From assembly GCA_000091205.1 (NCBI GenBank), contig AP006486.2: 64,000 bases of DNA, one strand, 5' to 3'. Each line of letters opens with the position of its first letter. Positions within the stretch are counted from its first letter, which is position 1. The notes under the pieces were generated by a model. It saw only the letters and a list, made by a program, of their open reading frames with translations. It was not told where the DNA came from and searched no databases. The translations under genes and the position numbers were made by a program. Shown here in pieces: positions 1-10,935 of the stretch. The stretch comes from Cyanidioschyzon merolae (lineage: Eukaryota).

Positions 1-2049
1 AATGCATTGATGAACATGGCCCGTAACGTACGGGCACACGACACAGGCCGCGTGCGGACGGACGCTGCTCTGCCCCCTGTTTACCACATAGGAGCGGAAG
101 GAGTAGGACTCGGCTGTTCGAACACCAGATCTAAGCATTCGTATGCAGAGTGAGCGAATCGAGGATCTGTTGCTCGATGGACCATGCACGCTGTGCAAAA
201 GCTCGCTGTACTGATTTCAAGCGAATAGGACACATAGCGGTCGTTGTCCATACAACCAACTCGCTTCGGAGAGCAGTTCATGTACATCAGTGCATCGTGC
301 ATCATCTTGCGGGAAGGTTTTGGCGGGTCTGTTCGACACAAAACCTCAGTTGTCTTACAGGACGCTCCTATGCGATTTGCAGCACGAAATCAAAAAGTAT
401 ATACGAGTTATCGGAATCGATACACGAAAGCATTACTTGGGCGACGCACTCGAGCATTCAGGACGGGCATGATTGCAGAAGCTGCGCCCTGCAGTCCACG
501 AATTCCTCTAGGGGCTTCGATTTCCCTCTTTACAAATTAGTCACAAAGATTCGAGCTGAGCTCGCTAACAACGGTCAGGTATCATCCACGTTCGATTTTG
601 AATACCGCCTGTTGCTCATATACAGACCATAATGCCGAACAAGCATCTAGTTATTCTCAGAATGCCGCCGAGCAGACTCATACAGTACCCATCAGCCGTG
701 ACGCGACTTGGTCGCTGTGGGGCACTCTGTCTGAGCAAAGCGCGAGTCCCCTGGCAATAGAGCCTCGCGCCTCGACAGCTCATGGCAGGCGCCAGACGAA
801 CACATGCGAGAGCTGCACAAGTTCAGCGAAGCGCTTCCCCTGTTCCGACCTTACCCCGGTGTCGATACCCGTACACGTTCACGAAAGTAGACTTTGCAGC
901 CAGACCCGAGAGCGATTGCAACCGATTGACACTAAAACAATGGTTTTCGTTCGAGTACCCTGTGACACGTGAGAGCGGCCGGGTCCTCGCCGCTGCCTCG
1001 TTCCAGACCAGCTACTCTGCAGCTGCGTACGCTACGAACAAGAGCCAGCAACCCACGCGCACCGTTTTCAACCGCCCGCGTGTGGAGCAGAGGCATCACA
1101 AGAATCGTCTTTCCACTCGGGCCCCAGTGTTCGTGACTCGTACACAGCAGCTCGAAGCGAAGTATCAATCGCCGAAGCGAGCTGCTCCACGAGACGCAGT
1201 TTCTCGCTGAGTTCTTGAGTTTTCGACTGCAGACTCTCCACGGTGGAGTTCATGTCCCTGACAGCAAGTAAGAGTTCCTCTAAAGCGGCTATAGACGCTT
1301 GTTCCGGTGCTTGCATTACCCCGCTCTCTACACAGGAAAAGCGCACAGTGTTTTGTCCAGCAAACTGAGTGCCAATCTAACAGCGGTGTCCGCGCAGCTG
1401 GGCGGCGCCGCCTCCGCCACGTACGACAGCAGAGCGAACGGGACGGGACACGCAACCCGCCGCGTGCGCGCCTCCGTTATGCTTTTCCATCTCAATTGCG
1501 TTCCATGCCCAGGTGCGTTTCATTGAATGCTCTCTCGTGGTTCATAGCAGAGGCGGTGGAAGTGCGTCCCTTTGATGCGCTAAACATCTGAGGGAAATGG
1601 ATGGGCGTGAAAGTCGGGAGTCCTGGACAGCTTCTATAGCCGGGTGTCCGAAAAAGAAATGAAAATAGTTTTCCCTCGCCGACAATCGAGCGAGGAAGCG
1701 CAAGTAACGGCGAAGAAGACGACGAAGAGGGTAGACCGGCGAGAAAAGTGTTTATCCTGCGGGAGAGTCACGAGACTGTTGCTGGACAGAGGCCAAGAAC
1801 GCTTGGGATCCTCGCACCGGTGCAATCAACCAGAGGCAATGCACGTACGGAGTTCGTGAACCGAAACGTAACATTGCCATCATTACGCGACGATGCTCGT
1901 GGAGCTGACGCGAGCCAACTTTGTTCGTGTAGCTCTAGCTCCAGCAGAATCGGCAAACGCTCAAACACGCAGGGCCTGGTGAAATCCCAAGTTGTCCAAC
2001 TGATGGACGTTGCTAGACGTGAGGGGAACCTCTTCAATCATTCGACAAG

Positions 2050-2640
2050 GTGAATGAAGTTGTCTGCGCCTTCTATTCGCGTTCGATCGTACATAGGACG
2101 GGCGCCCTGCTCGGCGAATACCCATAGACGCTCCGACCGTTTCGTCCAAAGGGAATCTCATGGACTGAGAAAAACAACGTCCCTGTGCTTCATACCGAGC
2201 GCGAAGATCCAGGGACGCTGCCGTTGCGATGATCTCCGCAGAAGATGGTCGTGAAAGAACCAGGACTCTGTTTTTGCGATTATACCCCAGTGTTTTCAGG
2301 ACCACACGAGCAAGCTGCTGAGAACCAGTGACGCCCGTAGCGACTAATATCGTCGCTTTTGCATCCCGCTTGGTGATCAGCGGGTCATTTTTCTACTATA
2401 GAACGCGAGCAGTCTTTAAAAATATCGGTTGCTGGCGCGGAGCGCATATCCTTCTCTCTTTCAGTATTCCACAACCATTTGAGCACTGTGGTATGACTCA
2501 CCTGAGGGAGGAATGCAATCCTGCTTGCACTGCGCAGTAAACAACATATATCCGATAGTCAATTCGTCTAGAATCCATGCGGTACCTGGCATCGTGATGT
2601 TGATCGCCATCTATCCACCGCAGCAGGCGTGGTCCACCAT
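2050..2640. repeat. Dispersed repeat, copy A (about 550 to 600 bp, non-coding)
   Basis: Aligns by eye at roughly 75-80% identity with 14010..14580. Shared blocks include cgaataCCCATAgACGCTCCGACCGT, TTGCGAT..GAAGATGG, CGTCGCTTTTGC, AAAATATCGGT, CAGTAAA and CAATTCGTCTA. Boundaries are approximate. Confidence 0.6.
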
Positions 2641-2835
2641 TCAGTCGAAACACGACCATGGCGGACGATTCGTTGGATTGCACCGCAGCCGCTGCGCGCC
2701 CGCGCATTGTGCATTCATGGTATTCAGCCCTGAGTCTATGGTTCGCGACTAACAAGATATTCGTGAGCCCTGGAGACTTGAGTGCTTCTCTAACTCTGCA
2801 GACGCCTTGGTGAGCGGGCCTTTCGAAGCGTTTTC

Positions 2836-5412
2836 TTGGTGGAAACGTGGCAGAAGGCTCGGCCGTCCGGGGGTGCGTTGGCCGCGAAGCGTGCAGCGAA
2901 CGAAACGCTGACTCAGCAAGGGTGCGGAGCAGCTTTCGTTGCCACTCTGCTTTTCCGCTGGGAAAAGATGAGCGGTGGTCGAATAAGTTCAAGCGATGCG
3001 CTTCGTCTACGAGTGCCGGCAACAGCGCGTTTGTCCACAGCTTCCACGAGTCTGTCGTGGTCCGCGGGAACCCAGCGGAGCCAGCCGCAAGCGTCTCCAG
3101 CGGCAGCTGCCCAGAGCGTACCCGAGCTGGACCGCGGTGCCTTCCTTCGCCGAGACTATGTGAACCGTGAAATAGAACGGAGGGCGGCGGAGTATACACG
3201 CACCCGAGAACTTCGCTTTTTTGTCAGTACTTTTAACGTGAACGCCAAACCGCCGGTGTTTGACCTTTCGCCGCTGTTAAAAGACCACCGAGCAACACCA
3301 GCTTCACGCGACGCGCTCTGGGAGTCATGGGCAGGCGCTCACGGTGCTGCCCTCGGGCCGCCCAGCGCTGGTATGAAAGCTGGAATCCCAGAAGTAGCGG
3401 CGGACGCTGGCGACGTCCTCATCTTTGGCTTCCAGGAGGTGCAGAAGCTCTCCGGGACCGCCGCGGTCATCACTGACGAGTCCCAAGGCCGGCCTTGGCG
3501 TGACTCTATCCAAGCGCTGCTCGACAGCATCGGCTCATACGTCTGCGTGGTGCAAAGGCAACTGGTGGGCATTCTGCTGCTCGTCTTTGTGCGAGCAGAC
3601 CACGCAAACGCCGTGCAGAATGTTCAGATCACGAGCGCTGGCACTGGGATTGCAGGTGTGGGTGGAAACAAAGGCGGCGTGGCTGCCAGATTCCAGCTCT
3701 ATGACACGAACATTTGTTGTGTATGCTGCCACTTGAGCGCGCACGAACAGAATCTGGAAAAACGCAATGCCGAGTATCGTGCGATCATGGAACGGGTCGT
3801 CTTCAACCCGATGAGCGATGACAACGGGAATCCTGCACCGCTGCTGCCGAGCTATCCTGGCTCTTATGCCGTACCACAAACAACTTCGATCCTCGATCAT
3901 GATGTGGTCTTCTTCTTCGGTGACTTGAATTACCGTATCGCGCTGCGCCCCGAAGAAGTTCTCCGATGCATCAAGGCCGGCGATTGGCAGTATATGGCCA
4001 GCCACGATCAGCTGAATTCTTGCCGGTCCATGGGATTCGCATTCGAGCCTTTTTCTGAGGCACCTCTACAATTTGCACCGACCTACAAGTACAAGCCATT
4101 CGAGAACGAATATGATAGTGATCCGGACAAGCCGGGTACATTGAAGCGGACACCCGCCTGGTGCGATCGCATCCTCTTCCGCGGAAACGGGATGCGGATT
4201 CGCTCGTATCGAAGGCATGAGATTTTTGCTTCCGATCATCGACCAGTTTCGGCCATTTTCACAGTCCCTATACAGCAGATCGATCGCGAGCGGCGGCAGG
4301 CCGTATGTGATCGTCTGTGGCGAGAGATTAGTCGACGGGAAAATGAGACCATACCGCGGCTGGCGGTCTCCGAAAACGATATTGTCATCGGAACCGTTCG
4401 CTTTCGATCACCGCTGTATGTACACTTCACCATCACCAACGTGGGCCGCGTCCGAACACGCTGGTACCTTCCGCTGCAGTACATCAAGAAATGGATGCAC
4501 TGCGTTCCGTCGAGTGGAGAGCTGGAACCCAAGCAACAAGTGCGCGTCCAAATCAAAATTCTCGTCGACGAGCATTGTGGATACTCAGCCATGCTCGCCG
4601 AGGCACCGCGAATAGAGTGCACGCTCGTTGCACAGGCGGAAAACGGTGCGGCGTGCTTTGTAGCGCTACACGGCCGCTATGCGCCCACAATTTACGGCTG
4701 TTCGCTCGAGCTGCTGGCCTCGCGGAACGGTGGCAATGGGTTCATGGTGCCGGAACTCTGGCTCATGGGTGATGCGCTCTTGCATCGGCGCATCCTGGGC
4801 ACGAATCGCAACCTTTTCGTAGAAAATTGCCCAGACACGCAAGCAGTCGAATCGTTACGCGATGCCTTGGCAAACACCACCGCAGCTGTTCGCGAAGAGG
4901 CGCTTGAAAAGGCGCCGCCCCTGGCCCTTGGGCAGGTACTCGTAGAGTTTCTGCGCTACCTCGAGACACCAATCGTCCCATTCGACTTATATGATGACTT
5001 TATGCAAGCAGCCGGATCTGGCGACGCACGCGCCGTCCTCCACGTCATGACTAGAGCCCCGCCTATCTATCGTAATACCTTTGTGTATGTGCTTGCCATG
5101 GTAAGAGAGCATCTTCAACGACTTGCGCTGGATTTGCGGTCTGAGCGAGACGCGAATCCAACGGCGTCGCTAACCCTGAGACTTGCGCACGCTTTTGGGA
5201 CTGCACTACTGAGACGTAGGCCATCCGAACAAGCAGCTGGTGGCGATGCTGGCGACGCCCATCTCGACAGGGCGCGCTGTCTGCTGCCGCTGCTTCGGGC
5301 TCTTGAAACAGCCGATGATACGCGCGATAGCGATGCCGCGAGCCAGACTACGGAAGATGCAAGCAATGGATCCGCGTTTCCTCTCTATGAACTATTGTTT
5401 GACTCTGTATAA
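2836..5412 (+). CDS. Inositol polyphosphate 5-phosphatase, OCRL/INPP5B-like (5-phosphatase, ASH and RhoGAP-like domains)
   Basis: 858-aa ORF. EEP/5-phosphatase motifs are present (FQEV, GDLNYRI, WCDRILFRG, SDHRPV). A beta-sandwich ASH-like segment and a RhoGAP-like tail follow (VPELWLMGDALL, LVEFLRYLETPIVPFDLYDDFMQ, NTFVYVLAMVREHL), matching the OCRL layout. The start may be the internal ATG at 2968. Confidence 0.8.
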   Translation: MVETWQKARPSGGALAAKRAANETLTQQGCGAAFVATLLFRWEKMSGGRISSSDALRLRVPATARLSTASTSLSWSAGTQRSQPQASPAAAAQSVPELDRGAFLRRDYVNREIERRAAEYTRTRELRFFVSTFNVNAKPPVFDLSPLLKDHRATPASRDALWESWAGAHGAALGPPSAGMKAGIPEVAADAGDVLIFGFQEVQKLSGTAAVITDESQGRPWRDSIQALLDSIGSYVCVVQRQLVGILLLVFVRADHANAVQNVQITSAGTGIAGVGGNKGGVAARFQLYDTNICCVCCHLSAHEQNLEKRNAEYRAIMERVVFNPMSDDNGNPAPLLPSYPGSYAVPQTTSILDHDVVFFFGDLNYRIALRPEEVLRCIKAGDWQYMASHDQLNSCRSMGFAFEPFSEAPLQFAPTYKYKPFENEYDSDPDKPGTLKRTPAWCDRILFRGNGMRIRSYRRHEIFASDHRPVSAIFTVPIQQIDRERRQAVCDRLWREISRRENETIPRLAVSENDIVIGTVRFRSPLYVHFTITNVGRVRTRWYLPLQYIKKWMHCVPSSGELEPKQQVRVQIKILVDEHCGYSAMLAEAPRIECTLVAQAENGAACFVALHGRYAPTIYGCSLELLASRNGGNGFMVPELWLMGDALLHRRILGTNRNLFVENCPDTQAVESLRDALANTTAAVREEALEKAPPLALGQVLVEFLRYLETPIVPFDLYDDFMQAAGSGDARAVLHVMTRAPPIYRNTFVYVLAMVREHLQRLALDLRSERDANPTASLTLRLAHAFGTALLRRRPSEQAAGGDAGDAHLDRARCLLPLLRALETADDTRDSDAASQTTEDASNGSAFPLYELLFDSV

Positions 5413-6744
5413 AGCCCGCATCAACATGAATGGATTCATTCTGGTGTTCTCGGTACCGAGTTGCGAAAGGGGCGTTCGACGTTCAGTTCAGCTCGCATCA
5501 CCAATTTTGCATCCCAATGGATCGTACCGACAATCATGGCAGCAACATGCAGCGGAAGCGATCCATTGCCGATCTTTCCATCACACGATATCCAGGAATC
5601 GAACTAGAGTCTTCTGTACGCGCTGTGGATATCGGCGCTGTCCAGCGATCGTGCTAACTCGAGCTCTACGTTCATGTTTCGCCACGCACTCGGATACATG
5701 ATGCAGGTCACATGCTTCTACGTTGTGGCCGAAGCCGCAGCATATATGCACCGCTCGCGAGACGTCTCAGATACTGGCGCTGCTCATTATGGGTTTTTCG
5801 GAAGCTTGGACCTGATTCAAGGCTCTGAAGGACCCAGTTGCAAACGGTAGCCCTGAACAGAAACGGCCTATCCGTGCCGATCTATCCAGCACCTAGGCCC
5901 CCGCTGATCCGGGGCATAGACACTGCGCCCGCTTCAAGGACGGAAGCGCGCCACGCGTAGCGCGCTCCTCTCGAGCTGGGGCCCCGAGCGCAGCGCTCTC
6001 GCCTACCGAAGTTTCGCGCGCGGGCGAGTGCGCCTCCACTCAGACAATGCCGCCACTGCATCTGGTCGTAAGGTTTCAAACTTTGACGAATGCTCGGAAA
6101 AACATTTGATGGATATCGGCCACGATATCGAAGACTGTGACAAGGCACCTTTCGGGGAACACACACCAGAGCAAGACATGCATGGCAGCGCTCGAGTGCA
6201 CCGTACCCCCAAGGCGAGGTCTGGATGGTCATAGTTCTTGGAACTCGGACGTCTGGTGCAGTACGGTAGTTGACTACCTTCATGCCGGTAACCAACGTGC
6301 ACTCGGGTATCCCTGATGTGAGTCAACGATCCACCGTGAAACACGAAGCAAGTCATGCACAGCACCCTGTACAGCTGGGGGCGCGTCGCGCGCGACGCCA
6401 GCATCGCTTCGCAAACGAAAGCTTACGTTGTCGTGCGCTTGCGAGCAGCACTCCACTGGGACAAAGGATTGAACACGAACGGATCGAATACATTACTGCG
6501 ACTGGTTACGCATTTTTCCAGGCTGGTCTCGGAAGCGACGAGCTCGTCACGAGGAGAAGGCGTTCACTGCCGCGCTTTTTCCTTCAGGGCTGAGCGTTCG
6601 TCCATTCCAACCAGGTGTGAGCTGTTGGTTTTCGTTTCTAAGAGAACACGAGTGTGAAGAACCGCACTCGAGCACACTGACTCGATACTACAGGTTGGCT
6701 ACAGCAGCTACGAGCACATTCTCACCTCGAAAGCGTGCAAAACT

Positions 6745-7800
6745 ATGCACAGCGGAGAACGTCTTGTTCTCGGTATTGAAGGAAGTGCGAATAAAATCGG
6801 GGTCGGGATTGTGACGAGTGATGGTGCGATCTTAGCAAACGTTAGGCGGACGTTTGTGCCAAAGACAGGCTCGGGCTTTCAACCGCGGGAGACGGCGCGG
6901 CACCACCAAAAACACGTCGCCTCGCTCATAGAAGAGGCGCTTCACACCGCCGGGGTGCGTCCGACTGACCTCTGTGCAGTCGCGTACACAAAAGGCCCGG
7001 GCATGGGAGCCCCACTTCAGAGCTGCGCGATTGCTGCCCGCATGTTTGCGCTCATGCACGATCTTCCGCTGGTGCCGGTCAACCACTGTGTCGCGCACAT
7101 TGAGATGGGACGACTCGTCACCGGTGTCGACAATCCTGCTGTGCTCTATGTCAGCGGCGGCAACACGCAAATCATATCCTATTCCGAGGGACGATATCGC
7201 ATATTTGGGGAGACAATTGATATAGCGGTTGGGAATTGTCTGGATCGTTTTTGTCGACTCGTCGGTCTAAGCAACGACCCATCTCCTGGGTTTCAGGTGG
7301 AGCAGGAAGCCAAAAAAGGGCGACACTACGTTCCTTTACCGTATTCGGTCAAGGGTATGGATGTGAGTTTCTCGGGAATCCTCTCGCGAATCCAAGATCT
7401 TATCGGATCCTACGCTATACCTGACCTTTGCTTTTCGCTTCAGGAGACCGTGTTTGCGATGTTGGTTGAAGTCACTGAGCGCGCGATGGCGCACTGTGGC
7501 CAGCGGGATGTCCTCGTGGTGGGCGGTGTCGGTTGCAATGAGCGCCTCCAGGAGATGCTGACCACCATGTGCACTGATCGAGGTGGAAGGGCCTTCTGTA
7601 CAGACGAGCGCTTTTGTGTGGATAACGGTGCCATGATCGCTTGGACCGGCTGGCTTCAAATCTCGTCAGCTGCGCGTTTGCTTGGTTCCGAAAAACTCGA
7701 ATGGCCCTGGAGCGACTGCACAGTGACTCAGAGATACCGCACCGATGACGTAGCGATCACTTGGCGCGAGGAAGGCGCTCTGCAGCTAGCGATGGATTAG
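6745..7800 (+). CDS. KAE1: tRNA N6-adenosine threonylcarbamoyltransferase Kae1/OSGEP (KEOPS catalytic subunit)
   Basis: 351-aa ORF with the N-terminal [15 protein letters not shown] motif, the HCVAHIEMG metal-binding motif and a VVGGVGCN segment; this is the canonical Kae1/OSGEP signature. Confidence 0.9.
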   Translation: MHSGERLVLGIEGSANKIGVGIVTSDGAILANVRRTFVPKTGSGFQPRETARHHQKHVASLIEEALHTAGVRPTDLCAVAYTKGPGMGAPLQSCAIAARMFALMHDLPLVPVNHCVAHIEMGRLVTGVDNPAVLYVSGGNTQIISYSEGRYRIFGETIDIAVGNCLDRFCRLVGLSNDPSPGFQVEQEAKKGRHYVPLPYSVKGMDVSFSGILSRIQDLIGSYAIPDLCFSLQETVFAMLVEVTERAMAHCGQRDVLVVGGVGCNERLQEMLTTMCTDRGGRAFCTDERFCVDNGAMIAWTGWLQISSAARLLGSEKLEWPWSDCTVTQRYRTDDVAITWREEGALQLAMD

Positions 7801-8545
7801 AGCCCGTCGCGCGCTCGTCCAACGCTGCAGTACGTATCTTGATGCGTCTGCCTTTGCAGACCGGAGACGCTGCCTCGACGCTGCACTGATGCCAATGCGC
7901 GTTTGCCGCGGGCATGGAGCCTGAGATGCGCGGGCGACCAGACTGGCGACCTCACTGACAGTGATACCGCGAGCAGGGAACGAAGCGTGTGTAGTTGAAA
8001 GTGCTGGTCTGGATTTCGTTTGGGTTCGTGCAGAGACCCTCTGGACCATCTGTTTTTCTACCACAGCGTTTCACAAGCTCTGAACGAGACTCGACCTTCT
8101 CCGAGACCGAGTAAACGCCTGCGTTGCATCGCCTGTATGCAGTGCACCGAGATAGAGCGGGACGCGCGTCCCATAACGTTCCGCGTACAGGCGCCAAACA
8201 AACTGGCGTGTTTCCTGACTCATGCTGGGCAGTGCTCGGGAAGGAAGGCGCGCGCCTAACCAAAGGCATGAGCGAGCGGGCTAGTCAAGGCGTGGGCGCT
8301 CGCGAACGCCAGGTTTAGCGTGTCAAAGATCTGCCGCTGCAACCAGCGACAGTGCACGAACAGGTGCTGTTCACGCACAGAGGTTTCCTTGGTCACGCAG
8401 ACGGCAGCAGTGCAACCGCTGCGCAGCCGAATACGTCAGCGCGGGCGTGCTACTATTTGGACAGGCCTCGAGGCTGGAACTCGCCCTGAGCGACCGCTGC
8501 AGCGAGGCCCCAGAGAAGCTCGTGTAGAGAACGCTTCTGTATTGC

Positions 8546-8549
8546 AAAA
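8546..8549 (-). terminator. Pol III T-run 3 nt downstream of tRNA-His
   Basis: On the minus strand, TTTT begins 3 nt after the tRNA 3' end (downstream reads AATTTTGCAAT). Confidence 0.5.
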
Positions 8550-8551
8550 TT

Positions 8552-8623
8552 TGCGCAAGCGAGGAATCGAACCTCGATCTTCACGGCCACAACGTGATGT
8601 TCTGACCGTTAAACTACTTGCGC
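8552..8623 (-). tRNA. tRNA-His (anticodon GUG), nuclear type
   Basis: The reverse complement folds by hand into a 72-nt cloverleaf: acceptor GCGCAAG/CTTGCGC, D-stem GTTT/GAAC, anticodon stem TCACG/CGTGA with loop TTGTGGC (anticodon GTG), T-arm CGAGG-TTCGATT-CCTCG, discriminator A. Position -1 is A, so G-1 is not genome-encoded, which is the eukaryotic Thg1-dependent pattern. Confidence 0.8.
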
Positions 8624-9444
8624 TCGACCGTCTAGCATCACAAATGAAAATCATCATAAATTCATATATAAAGCGTGAACGCGGGAATTCGTCGACCGCA
8701 GGTGGCGTGCGGCGCGCACCCGACGCTTGGCGATTTTCGCAGCGCAGTACTGATCGCGGCACGCTCCTCGAGGCTGCTGGCGCAGCAGACGCAACTGCTG
8801 TCCCGATTCGTCGGGTCGCCTCCGCGTGTTTTGCAGCTGTTAGCGGAGAGAGCCGCATTCACCATCCTATTTTCGTTCTATGCTCCGAACGATGCTGAAC
8901 CCAGCTGGGTTTCCGGCCCTGCAGTGCGGGTTCAGAGCAGTGCTCGAGTCTGCTTCGCCATAGCCACGCTGTCAGACGAGCAGCGCATTCGAGACTCGGC
9001 GCCCGTCCGAACATGAACCAAGCCCAACGCACTGAAAATGAAGCAGTCGTGCATTGACCTGCATACAGATCAGCAGTGCAACGCGGGAGAGCGCAGCACG
9101 GCGCCTTGCGGAGTCCTCTTCAGCGCTAACCGCCATGTGCACAGCGCTATACACCATGCGTTCAACCTGAGCAGCGTCTCGAGCTGCGTCTGTCATCATG
9201 GTTGCCTTTGAGGATCCTGAATCACCAGAGCGGTTCCGAACGACTGCGAAACCGCTGATGATATCCAGAAACCAAGGTCGAGGGGGGCTTCGCTGCGAGG
9301 CGTCCACAGCGGCAGGCGCTGCTCTGTGGATGCCCATCGGGTCGCCTTCGCGCCTCCGAGTTCGGCAATGGTGCGGATCTGCTGCTGCTGCTGCTGCTTC
9401 TAGGTCAACGAGCGAAGCTGTCCACGCTTCTCTACGAAAACGTT

Positions 9445-10356
9445 ATGAACCTGGACGCTTGGATTGCTACGTTAAGAACAGGAAACATACTTCCAGAATC
9501 AGACCTAAAAAAGCTGTGCGAATATGTGAAAGAACTGTTGATCGAGGAGAGTAACGTCCAACCAGTCGCAGCACCGGTAACGGTCTGTGGCGACATTCAC
9601 GGCCAGTTCTACGACTTGTTGGAGCTGTTTCGAACAGGCGGTGAGGTCCCCGCAACATCTTACATATTCATGGGCGACTTCGTGGATCGTGGACGAGACT
9701 CAATCGAGACGCTCTCGTTCCTCTTCTGCCTCAAAGCACGATATCCGTCTCGGGTGACGCTTTTGCGCGGAAACCACGAGTCTCGCCAAATCACCCAGGT
9801 TTATGGATTTTATGACGAATGTCTTCGAAAGTACGGTTCAGCAAATGCGTGGAAGTGGTGTACGGACGTTTTTGACTACCTTGCTGTGGCGGCGCTGATC
9901 GACTCTAGGATACTCTGCGTCCATGGCGGGCTCTCACCAGATATCAGCACCCTTGATCAAATCAGACTCATAGACCGTCGACAGGAGATTCCACACGAGG
10001 GCCCGTATTGTGACCTCATGTGGAGCGACCCGGAAAACATTGAAACATGGGCGGTGAGCCCCCGGGGCGCCGGCTGGCTCTTCGGGGCCAAGGTAACGCA
10101 CGAGTTCAATGAGATCAACGATCTGGAGCTCATTTGTCGGGCGCACCAGCTTGTTCAACAGGGCTACAGGTACATGTTCGATGATGAGTCTTTGGTAACG
10201 GTATGGTCGGCTCCGAACTATTGCTATCGCTGTGGAAATGTAGCAGCGATTCTGGCTTTCGACAGTGATCTGAACAGGGAGTTTCGCATCTTCAGAGAAG
10301 TCGAGGAGGAGCACCGACGCGAACAGAACCGAGGCATCATTCCGTATTTTTTATGA
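9445..10356 (+). CDS. PPP6C: Serine/threonine protein phosphatase 6 catalytic subunit (PPP family, Sit4/PP6-like)
   Basis: 303 aa with [46 protein letters not shown] and a C-terminal PYFL. Blocks [23 protein letters not shown] and [23 protein letters not shown] are closest to PP6 among the PP2A/PP4/PP6 group. Confidence 0.9.
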   Translation: MNLDAWIATLRTGNILPESDLKKLCEYVKELLIEESNVQPVAAPVTVCGDIHGQFYDLLELFRTGGEVPATSYIFMGDFVDRGRDSIETLSFLFCLKARYPSRVTLLRGNHESRQITQVYGFYDECLRKYGSANAWKWCTDVFDYLAVAALIDSRILCVHGGLSPDISTLDQIRLIDRRQEIPHEGPYCDLMWSDPENIETWAVSPRGAGWLFGAKVTHEFNEINDLELICRAHQLVQQGYRYMFDDESLVTVWSAPNYCYRCGNVAAILAFDSDLNREFRIFREVEEEHRREQNRGIIPYFL

Positions 10357-10834
10357 AGACTATTTTTCATGGATGCATGCCAAATGAACCCACGGTCCTT
10401 TTACCGGGCGTGATGATCTGGTTGCTGGAGGCAATCCGTTGCCGTACCATGGAAACTGTTTGCTGGGACGAATGCCAGTTCCCCCGAGGCCATACGGGCA
10501 GCACCGCGTGCTGTCCGCTCGATTCCAAAGCGCCGTCGCTGAGGTCGCCAGAAGACCCCGAGAGATCCTGCCCGAAGCACCATCACCGAAACGAGCGCTC
10601 CCCGGACGACATGCTCTTGGAGCGGGCGAGATCGATATCGCCAGGAGCATCGACAACGGCGCCTGAGTGCGCATCCAGCAAACAGTTGACGCGTGGCGTT
10701 TACGGGGGAACTCACCCCTGGTTTCAAGGAACCCTGGCGATCCGGCGCGATGCTTGGCACGATGCGCACCGTGCCCTCTCTGAGATGCTCCACGGGAAAC
10801 CAGATGTGTTTATGGGCATATGTGCGTTTGTGCA

Positions 10835-10935
10835 AGCGTGAATGCGTGTGCGCGTTTGCGTATGCGTACTTTATGCGCGTCTCGGAGGGAAAAGAGCAAC
10901 GGATGTGGGCGTGTGTGTGCGCGAACAAAAACGCC
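10835..10935. repeat. GT/GC-rich simple-sequence tract
   Basis: Runs of gtgtgcgcg / gcgtatgcgt / gtgtgtgtgcgcg fall in an intergenic stretch. Confidence 0.4.

Noticed and set aside
2498-3199. 233-aa minus-strand ORF
   Set aside because: It lies antisense across the N-terminus of the conserved inositol 5-phosphatase gene, has Arg/Pro/Ala-rich low-complexity composition and no recognisable motif. It is probably a GC-driven spurious ORF.
5585-5612. tRNA-like T-arm candidate (ggaatcgaac, reverse complement GTTCGATTCC)
   Set aside because: The flanking sequence does not form the complementary T-stem (TCTAG against CCTGG) or an acceptor stem.
8320-8898. 192-aa plus-strand ORF
   Set aside because: It overlaps the tRNA-His gene on the opposite strand and has an Arg-rich, low-complexity translation.
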